The notes under the pieces are model-generated. The model searched no databases and was not told where the DNA came from. It was given only the letters and a program-made list of their open reading frames with translations. From contig NC_085843.1 of the NCBI RefSeq assembly GCF_035594765.1, forward strand, positions 141,833,971-141,897,970: a stretch of 64,000 nucleotides of DNA, in the 5' to 3' direction. Source of the stretch: Anolis carolinensis (lineage: Eukaryota). Both the position numbers and the translations under genes were made by a program. Shown here piece by piece: positions 12,874 through 21,896 of this stretch (its first letter is position 1; the number at the start of each line of letters is the position of its first letter).

Positions 12874-13506
12874 TATATATACATTTATATATCCACGTGC
12901 ACACATAAATATGTTATCCCTTTTTTACCATGATAAGGGCTTGCAAGAGAAGTGTGTGTGTATATATGTGTGTATATGTATACAAACACATATAGAATCA
13001 CAGAATAATAGAGTTGGAAAAGACCTCACAGGCCATCCAGTCCAATCCCTGTCAAGAAGCAGGAAAATCACATTCAAAGCACCCCCGACAGATGGCCATC
13101 CAGCCTCTGCTTAAAAGCCTCCAAAGGAGCCTCCACCACCATATACTAAGGAACTGCAAGTGAGCCCTTATTATTTATTTATTTCAGGGATTTCTATGCA
13201 GCCCTTCTCCAGGCGGACCCAAGGCGACTCATGTCATCTTTAAAATTTACAACACAACACAAAATCATTACCTAAAAACATTTTTTTTAATTAAGAGTTC
13301 TGTGAATGCTCCATATCATCAGCCATATTATAAGCCATAAAATTAAAATCAGTTTAATATTCCCCATATGACCCAAGGTGCTAAGATTCAATGAAAACTT
13401 CTTTCAAACAGGGAAGTCTTCACACCTTTTCTAAATGACATCAGGGTGGGAGCCAATCTAAGGTAATTTCTATTGTATGTGTCTGTCTATATAAGCAGAT
13501 CTGAAG

Positions 13507-13911
13507 AATGTTTTATCAGAGGCTTTAATGGCCGGAATCACTGGGTTTTGTGAGTTTTCTGGGCTGTATGGCCATGTTCCAGAAGCATTCTCTCCTGATG
13601 TTTCACCCACATCTATGGCAAGCATCCTCAGAGGTTGTGAGATCTGTTGGAAACTAGGCAAGTGCGGTTCATACATCTGTGGAAAGTCCAGGGTGGGAAA
13701 AAGGCAAGTGTGAATGGTGCAATAGGCCAGCTTGATTAGCATTGAATGGTCTTGTAGCTTCAGAGCCTGGCTGCTTCTTGCCTAGGGGAATCCTTTGTTG
13801 GGAGGTGTTAGATGGCCCTGATTTTTGCTTATCTGGAATTCCCCAGCTTTTTGCATATTGGTCTTTATTTACTGTTCTGATTTTAGAGATTTTAAATATT
13901 GGTAGACAGAT
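13507..13911 (-). mobile_element. Penelope-like terminal repeat, left arm of head-to-head pair in KLF5 intron 1
   Basis: Reverse complement of 13936-14686 (minus the MITE) and of 25110-25505; carries a hammerhead motif at 13594-13634. Confidence 0.75.
13594..13634 (-). ncRNA. Minimal type I hammerhead ribozyme motif (probably impaired)
   Basis: CCT-CTGAGGA-T-GCTTGC catagat GTGGGT-GAAAC-ATC-AGG on the minus strand. Confidence 0.55.
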
Positions 13912-13935
13912 CGTCAACAGAAAGGAGGAAACTGA

Positions 13936-14686
13936 AAACAATCTGGTTACAAGTACAGTAGAGTCTCACTTATCCAACATAAACGGGCCGGCAGAATGTT
14001 GGATAAGCGAATATGTTGGATAAGAAGGAGGCATTAAGGAAAACCTATTAAACATCAAATTAGGTTATGATTTTACAAATTAAGCACCAAAACATCATGT
14101 TAGACAACAAATTTGGCAGAAAAAGTAGTTCAATATGCAGTAATGCTATGTTGTAATTACTGTATTTACGAATTTAGCACCAAAGTATCACGATATATTG
14201 AAAACATTGACTACAAAAATGCGTTGGATAATCCAGAATGTTGGATAAGCGAGTGTTGGATAAGTGAGACTCTACTGTATTAAAAAAAACTCTAAAATCA
14301 AAACAGTAATTGAAGAACAACACTCTGAACGCAGGGAAATTCCAGGCATGAAACAATCAGGGCCAGCTGACACCTCCCAACAAAGGATTCCCCCAGATGG
14401 AAATCAGCCAGGCCTTGAAGCTGCAAGGCTTTTCAATGACAATCAAGGTGACTAATTGCAACATTTACAAGTGCCTCCAACAGACAAACAGGAGTTCTTT
14501 CTCTCACGGTGGACCTTCCACACATACATAAACCCCACTGGCCTAGTTTCCAACAGACCTCACAACTTCTGAGGAAGCCTTGGCAAAACGTGAGGAGAGA
14601 TTGCTTCTGGAGCATGGTCATACAGCCCGGAAAACTCACAGAAAACCCAGTGATTCCGGCCGTGAAAGCCTTCAACAAGACATTGA
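13936..14686 (+). mobile_element. Penelope-like terminal repeat, right arm (split by MITE 13956-14277)
   Basis: Collinear with 25110-25505; hammerhead stem II partly deleted (CTGAGGAAGCCTTGGCAAAACGTG). Confidence 0.75.
13956..14277 (+). mobile_element. MITE family A copy inserted in a Penelope repeat
   Basis: Complete TIRs; TA duplication at 13954-55 and 14278-79. Confidence 0.9.
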
Positions 14687-15039
14687 AACGGGTGTGTGGA
14701 GAAAAAGTATCCACACACAAAATAAAGAGGCCCACATGGAGCAACTCAGGGCTGGTTTCAAATTAAAACCGTTCGTATGCTCTCTCTATATATATATTGA
14801 TCGCCTACCGGCTGTTAGAAATTGTGGGAGTTTAAGTCTAAAACACCTGGAGGGCCCAAATTTGCCCATGCTTGGTGTAGTGTGTGTGTGTTTATTTAAA
14901 TATTTTATATATACACACACACACGAATATATATAACACATATACACATACATCTAACCGTTTGCATGTTCTATATAATCACAGTCCCACTCCATTTCCC
15001 TCTCTCTATACATACATATAAAGAGGCAAAGAGAGTGGG

Positions 15040-15850
15040 ATTGTGGTCCGCGCGCTCCCCTTTTAGCTCTTCCAGCTGTTGGCGGGTGGCTCCGCTTCGA
15101 GCCCGCCTGGTGGGGCAGAAGGGAGGCCGGGAGGCGCGCGCTCCTCGGGAAAGGGCGCTGCGTGGGCGAGGCGTGGGGCGCGGACGGGGCGAAGCAGGAG
15201 CAGCTGCTGCTCGGGCGTCCGGGGCCCGTCCGCCCACTCCTCCTGCCGGGAAGAAGGGACAGCGGGAGGCGGGGGCGTCTCCCCTCACGACATTCAGTCC
15301 AAGAGGGCGCCTTCTGAGGAGACTGAACTCGGCGGAACCTGAGGCGAGGGGCGGTGGGCCACGGCGAAGAAGCGCCTCCTCGGGGAAGCGCCCACACTGC
15401 TCACCTGCGCCATCTCCTCCGCGGGACTCTCCTGAGGTGGCGGCGGCGGCTTGAGGTCCTGCTCGTTCCCCTGCGCGAAGAGGGGCGCCTCCCTGCCCAG
15501 GACGGGCTTGAGCTGCGCGAAGACGGGCTCCTCGACGGGACCCAGGCGGGCGCCCATGTTCAGCACCCGCGTCGCCATCAGGAGCAGCAAGAGCAGGAGG
15601 AGAAGGGAGCGCGCGCCTCCTCGCTCGCCGGGCCTCGCGCCGCGCCTCTCTCTACCTGGCCCAGGACGGCGCTCTGCTCCCCGCCCGGACCCAAGGCCCG
15701 CCCCCCGTTGCCATGGCCCCGCCCTCGCCGGGAGGGGCCTCCTCTCTCTCCCGAACAGACAGGCAGGCTCAGGCGCCTCCCCTGCCCCGCCCCGCCCTCC
15801 TCTTCACGCGACGCCCCTCGCGCCAGAAGCAGCGCGAGCCCGAAAGAGGA
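15040..15850. promoter_or_regulatory. CpG island / KLF5 promoter with GC boxes
   Basis: Only strongly GC- and CpG-rich block in the window; spans exon 1. Sp/KLF-type boxes at ~15696-15705 (GCCCGCCCCC), 15717-15724 (CCCCGCCC) and 15784-15796 (GCCCCGCCCGCCC). Confidence 0.85.
15405..15578 (-). CDS. KLF5: Krueppel-like factor 5, coding exon 1 (58 codons)
   Basis: Translates MATRVLNMGARLGPVEEPVFAQLKPVLG...EEMAQ, matching the KLF5 N-terminus (human MATRVLSMSARLGP...EPVFAQLKPVLG). ATG at 15578-15576; phase-0 donor CAG|GTGAGC; lies in a CpG island. Confidence 0.95.
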
Positions 15851-15913
15851 TCTTTCAAAAAAAGAGAAACAACGCTCTGTCATTCGGCCTTAAACTGTTA
15901 GGCCAGGCGTCTG

Positions 15914-16062
15914 AGGCGTGGGCAAACTTCGGCCCACCAGGTGTTTTGGACTTCAGCGCCTACAATTCCTAACAGCGTAAGGCCCCTTCCTTTTCCCCCT
16001 CAGCCGCTTATGTAGGAGCTGAAATTCAAAACACCTGGAGGGCCGAAGTGTGCCCATGTCTG
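15914..16062. mobile_element. Palindromic hAT-like MITE (TIR CAGGCATGGGCAAAC); other copies ~14806-14873 (half), 32225-32349, 50660-50794
   Basis: Self-complementary ~135-150 bp unit; the 50660 copy has a degenerate 8-bp flank repeat AGCAACAT/AGCTAAAT. Confidence 0.75.
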
Positions 16063-16210
16063 GTGTACCCTGTTAGAATGATATGCCCTTTCATAGGGAT
16101 CTGCTTGGAGGCGCCCTGTGATGCAATGGGTTAAACCCTTATGCCGGCAGGAGGCAGTTCGAATCCGGGAAGAGGGGTGAGCTCCCGTCTGTCAGCTCTA
16201 GCTTCTATTG

Positions 16211-16349
16211 GAATGGTTCACAACCTGCCCCCCCCCCATATGTTTTTGGCCTTCAACTCCCAGAAATCCTAACAGCTCGTTAACTGGCTGGGATTTCTGG
16301 GAGTTGTAGGCCAAAAACATCTGGGGACCCAAATGTTGGAGAACCACTG
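16211..16349. mobile_element. Palindromic hAT MITE (CAGYGGTTCTCAACCTG family)
   Basis: 8-bp TSD TTCTATTG/TTCTGTTG; same family as 38847 and 56052. Confidence 0.75.
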
Positions 16350-16383
16350 TTCTGTTGGAAATAACTGCATCCAGTCTCGGCAC

Positions 16384-17226
16384 CAGGCATCTAGCCGGGA
16401 GGGGGGGGGGGGCTTGAGGGGCTTCAGCCGACCTGAAATTCTCAGGGTGGTCCTCGAGAAGGCCTTACATTTATTATTTAAACTGTTATGTTTATTCATA
16501 TCATGATCTGATCACCATGCTCAATATATCCCATATGCAGGCCTGTAGCTGGGGGGGGGGGGGGGGGGCTTTTATCTATTTCTGAATTTGCAACTCATAA
16601 TGTGCACTTTTCTTATCCACTTTTGCAACCTCATTGGTTTTAATTCAATGTCTTAATATTGCGTTTCTGGTTTTTGTTTTGGGTTTTTTCGGGTTATTGT
16701 GTATGTATTATTACTGGTTTTTGTTCTGTATTTTGATGTTTCGTATTTTGTTATTGTTTTGTATTTTATTTTGCTGTAAACCGCCCCGAGTCCCCTTGGG
16801 GGGAGATGGAGGCGGGATATAAATAAACTTATTATTTATTTATTTATTTATTTTTAGGGGTTCAACCCCCCCCCCTGAAATTTTTCAAATATATATTTAA
16901 AAAAACCTGGTTTACTCATGAATTTTAGCTGATTAACCAAATCCCCATGCTAAGTCTATGAGACGCAAAAAATTAAGAGCCCCTCCGGGCACTATCTCAA
17001 GCACATATTGACAGGTCTGTAGCTGGGGGGGGGGGGGGAGGTTAGGGGTTCAACCCCCCCCCCTGAAATTTTCAAAAACCCTCCCGATTTTTTTTCTGGC
17101 TACGGCCCTGTCCATATGCATGGGGGTATTGGAATAACGATACAAAAGGTTTGCTAGGGTAGATCCTCTCCCACCCAGACTCAGCCCCCCCCCCCCCCCC
17201 GAATCAAAATCCTGGCTACGGGCCTG
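16384..17226. mobile_element. hAT element containing a nested related hAT (16538-17110), itself containing an L2 tail
   Basis: Outer TSD CTCGGCAC/CTGGGCAC; inner TSD CCCATATG/TCCATATG; TIRs of the CAGGCCCGTAGCC type. Confidence 0.75.
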
Positions 17227-17251
17227 CTGGGCACATATCCCTTTGGAAATA

Positions 17252-18065
17252 CAGTAGAGTCTAGCTTATGCAACCTTCACTCATCCAACGTTCTGTAAAT
17301 GGCCCCGGCCTAGTTTACCTGTCTAAACACATCTCCCTCTATGAACCACCACAAAGACTAAGATCTTCTGGGGAGGCCCTGCTCTCAGTCCCGCCACTGT
17401 CACAGGCGCGTTTGGCGAGGGACAGGGCCTTCTCAGTGATTGCCCCGCAGCTATGGAACTCCCTCCCTGACGAGATTAGATCAGTCCCCTCCCTCCTGTC
17501 CAGAAATATGGTAAAGACCTGGCTGTGGGACCAAGCTTTTAGGGCAGTGCAATGAGGCAATAATAGGAAACCTACTCCGCTGACCGGAGCCAGCATGGTG
17601 TCCTGAGTTGGTTTAAATAGCTGATTTTAAAGTAGATATAACTTATTTTAATGTGTGTGTATATTTATAATTATTTTATGTCTCAGCATGGGGAGTTTGT
17701 AGTATATATGTTGTGCTTCGCCTTGAGTCCCCTTCGGTGTGAGAACGGCAGAATATAAATGTTTAAAATAAATAATAAATTATCCAGTATAGTCTTCCTT
17801 TTAGTAGTCAGTGTTTTTGTAGTCTATGTTTTCAATACATTGCAATGTTTTGGTGCTAAATTTGTAAATACAGTAATTACTACACAACGTTACCATGTAT
17901 TGAACTGCTTTTTCTGTCGATTTGTTGTAAAACAATGTTTTTCTGCTTAATTTGTAAAATCATAATGTTATGTGATGTTTAATAAGCTTTTCTTTAATCC
18001 CTCCTTATTATCCAACATTTTTGCTTATCCAATGTTCTGCCAGCCCATTTGTGTTGGATAAGCGA
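17252..18065 (-). mobile_element. MITE family A copy interrupted by an L2 3' end
   Basis: TIR at 17252; body resumes at ~17781; right TIR truncated. Confidence 0.75.
17297..17780 (+). mobile_element. L2 LINE 3' fragment
   Basis: YLSKHISLYEPPQRLRSS...RAFSVIAPQLWNSLPDEIR...KTWLWDQAF is the L2 ORF2 C-terminus; (TAAA)n tail. Confidence 0.85.
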
Positions 18066-18085
18066 TAAATGGCAATCATAACCTT

Positions 18086-18403
18086 AAAGATTTTCCCCAG
18101 ATATTAAGCCTAGTTGTGTCTGACTCTGGGGGTTGGTACTCATCTCCATTTCTAAGCCGAAGAGCCGGCGTTGTCCGTAGACACCTCCAAGGTCATATGG
18201 CTGGCATGACTACATGGAGCACTGTTTCCTTCCCATCGTTACATATTGATCTACTCACATTTGCATGTTTTTGAACTGCTAGGTTGGCAGAAGCTGGGGC
18301 TAACAGTGGGAGCTCACTTCACTCCACAGATTCGAATCGTCAGTCTTTCAGTCAGCAAGTTCAGCAACTCAGCAGTTTAACCCATTGTGCCACCAGGGGC
18401 TCC
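18086..18403 (-). mobile_element. Sauria SINE
   Basis: Reverse complement of 29377-29679 and 61086-61416. Confidence 0.85.
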
Positions 18404-19488
18404 TTATTAAAAAGGAACCTTATTGAAAAGGAAAAATGATGTCCTATCCATTTGGCAAATGTGAAACCCCATGAACATGTGGAGACCACCTTTTGAAAAC
18501 CACTAGTCAAGAAAAGGATGACTTTGTTAAAAGTCAACCCTTTGAACAAGTGATATTCACAAGCATTCATGTAATGGCACACAGGGAACTCAGCTGTTGA
18601 ACTGAAGAACCATGTCTTTGAATTGCCAAGGACAAAGGCATCCCACTACAAAATATATATGTGGCTAGCAGATAATAGTTGTTTCTTTGCAGTTATGTTG
18701 CAATAATGCTAACATTATTGATCAAAGTTCAGAGAAAAATATTACAGTATTCCTCCCTCATCTTGTATCAGAGGATTCCTGGTTTAGAGCCAGCCATGTC
18801 TTCCTCCAAAACACTCCATCTCAACACACAGATTTTTCCCCCAGCAAACATTCAACATTCTTCCAACATCAAGGAGGAACTTCACTTCCACTGAGTTACC
18901 GCATGTGTGTTTGTGTATAATGTATTTTCTTTCTTTTTTTCAAATATATACCCTCTCTTTTTTTTCACAGTGCTTGCATACTAGGTGACACCTACCACCT
19001 AAGCTTGCTGTTAAGAGGAGTAAAGATGGTGGTGTCCACAGAGATTAAACTGCCTTTCTTCCTATTAAAAATATGGTGTGAATGCTTCCTTTGAACTATA
19101 AGTATAGGTCCATTTCATGGTATGTAGAAGCAGTGAGTTGGCCAGAAATAACCCAAGGGCATCACCACGTCTGTTCTGAAATGCACGCCCACACACAAAT
19201 TCCCATCTTCTCTAAATATTGCCAGAGACACAAGCCATTCGTAAGGCTCCATTTGGCCCAGTGGATCTGAAGGTACGCGGTTGTGGCTGGAAGAACACAC
19301 CATGCCCGCTGAGACAGTCATTGTGAGCAGAGAAATGAGGAAATGGGGCAAATGGTACACATTGTATCACGAAGTCATCATACAGTTTCATGCTGACAAC
19401 TAACTTCGAAAGGTGAATTTATGCTAGCTCCATTGTTGTTCCCATCTTCCAGATGCAGTGGGGACCCAACCTGGGCACAAACTTCTGA

Positions 19489-19636
19489 GGCCCCTTCTAC
19501 GCTGCCATATAAAATCCAGATTATCTGATTTGAACTGGATTATATGACAGTGTAGACTCATATAATCCAGTTCAAATCAGATAATCTGGATTATCTGCTT
19601 GGATAATCTGGATTATATGGCAGTGTTGAAGGGGCC
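19489..19636. mobile_element. Palindromic PIF/Harbinger-like MITE (relatives ~22891-23102, 33255-34158, 39185-39486, 53982-54140)
   Basis: TIR GGCCCCTTC/GAAGGGGCC with internal CTGGATTATATG(G/A)CAGTGT repeats; superfamily is inferred. Confidence 0.65.
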
Positions 19637-21824
19637 CAAGTGGAATTTTGAAAAGTCCTTTCTCAGTGCAAGGCCATTTCCCCCTCACTATCTACTACTG
19701 CCTTGCTGCTCCACAACATCATTATATACATGTGGGAATACAATCATTGAGTTGGAAGAGACCAAAGACCTCATCACACTAGAGCATGGATCCACTTTAA
19801 ATCTGGTTGCCGCTTCCTGCAGAATTCTGGAGCTTGTAGTTTAGGGAGTAGCATTTAAACTGCTCAGCCAGAGAGGTCCTGGGCCTCACTAAACTACAAA
19901 TCCCAGAATTCTATAGGAAGCAGCAACCAGAAGTCCAACTCCTTGCAATGAAGGAAAGGCACAATCAAAGCAGCTCTGACATATGGTCATTCAGCCTCTG
20001 CTTAAAATCCTCCAGAGAATAAGATTTCACCATACTCTGAAGCAGCCTATTTTATTGTCAAACAGCTCCTACTGTTGATAAATTCTTCCTAATTTTTTTT
20101 TATTGTGTCAGAAGCGAATTGAGAATATATTGCAAGTCACTTCTGGTGTGAGAGAATCGGCCATCAACAGAGACGTTGTCCAGGGGATGCCCGGATATGT
20201 TACCATACTGTGGGATGCTTCTCTCATATCCTCACATAAGAAACTGGGGCTGACAGATGGGCGCTCACCCCATCTCATGGATTTGAACTGATGACCTTCA
20301 GATCTTCAGGTCAGCAGTTCAGCCGGCACAAGGGTTTAAGTTGTGTCAAAACTGGAAACCCATTTTAATAAGTGGCACTAAAAGTTGTGGTAGAAATATT
20401 TGGCAAACTAACACAGACACACAAAGTCTCTTCTGCACAGAACAGCAAGAAGAAACTTCAGGTGGAATATAAAAACAGGATGAAATAGCAGAACCGAAGT
20501 AGGACAGAAAGTGTGTGACAGTTGAAAGCCTGGCAATCAGAGTATGCGAAGAATGGCTTCCAATGTGCTTAGTCACCAATGACAGGGCACCAATTCTCCC
20601 ATGCGGGGGAAGAGAGAAGGATAGCTACAAAAAAGGAGTGCAAATGTTTGAAGATATTTCAGCGTTTGGGTGTGGGGTGGCAACACTGAATTGGACACAT
20701 ACAGTTACAGTACTCTGACATTTCTGGTCATTGCATTCCTCAGTACTATATTCATCTGTTAACTAAGACAGGGAAAATCTCAAAGTAGCATCAGGTGTAA
20801 TCTACGCGTGCCACCTCAACAGTGCTCACATCAAGTGATCTTGTTTAATTTCATAGCTACTGTCTATAAAATTGCGACAAACGTTGTAGACTTCACAAGT
20901 TTTGTTGCCAGGGGTGGTATGATATATTAGCTAGCATGATGACTAATATACCATATCACCCCTAGCAACAAAAGTTCACCATGAACTTACAAAAAGATGG
21001 TGGGACATAATATGGCCCTACTTCAAAAGGTTATAGTATCCTGAAGGAATATATATCAAATACTATGATATATATTCCAGCAATTGCTATTGAGACATAA
21101 GAATATTGCCCACCCTGGACCTTGATGCGGGACATTTTATTAAATCTAGAAATTCCAAGGACTTCAATGGCAATGATCTATGCTTCATACTAAGACAGAA
21201 ATTGTGTAGTCCTATTTGAAAAGGAAAACAATAGGGCTTCCTATTAAATAAGTTAGGATTTAATGGTTGAAGTAACAAATTATGTGGAAGTTTCATTGAT
21301 TTGTTAAGCTTGATTAATCATCTGAAGAATGAGCAATTCATTTGCTTAATCTAGTGAATATAACGTCTGATGTAAGACTGGTTGATTAATCAATATGAGT
21401 CAGTTTGAACTGTGTGAAAACTATGACCTTTTAAAAGAATATATAGGTAATGTAATGGGGAATTTAAACTCATTTTGTATGACCTAATAATCTGCAACAG
21501 CTTTTAAAACATCATTTACAGTTCTTCACCTACCTTGAAACCATATATCATGGGATTTTGATAATATGCACATGCATTTTAAACTTTATAGATTAATTGG
21601 TTCAAAGATGTGCAATGCTTAATTTCATGTAGTTAATCATGCAAGACAATCCAACATTTTGATAACCAGGATCAATTTTTTAAGTTTGTTAGTATATTTG
21701 TGGGTTTACACAGAAATTGTTTGGTCCTAGTAATCTAATTATGTCTATGATCTAAAGAAGTATACATATGAATATCTCTCTCAACTAAAATCAACCCTTG
21801 TTTGGGTTTTGGGGTCTGTCTGAA

Positions 21825-21825
<1 letters not shown>

Positions 21826-21875
<50 letters not shown>

Positions 21876-21896
21876 TACTACTACTACTACTACTAC
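21826..21896. repeat. (TTA)n(CTA)n compound microsatellite, the tail of a minus-strand L2-type 3' end
   Basis: Direct read; followed by CCCTGCTTTATCCCC...GGGGACTCAAAGCGGCT. Confidence 0.9.

Noticed and set aside
14954-15972. Cluster of long overlapping ORFs (105-179 aa) on both strands
   Set aside because: Expected from stop-codon scarcity in a CpG island; low-complexity R/P/A/G content. Only the KLF5 exon 1 frame has recognisable homology.
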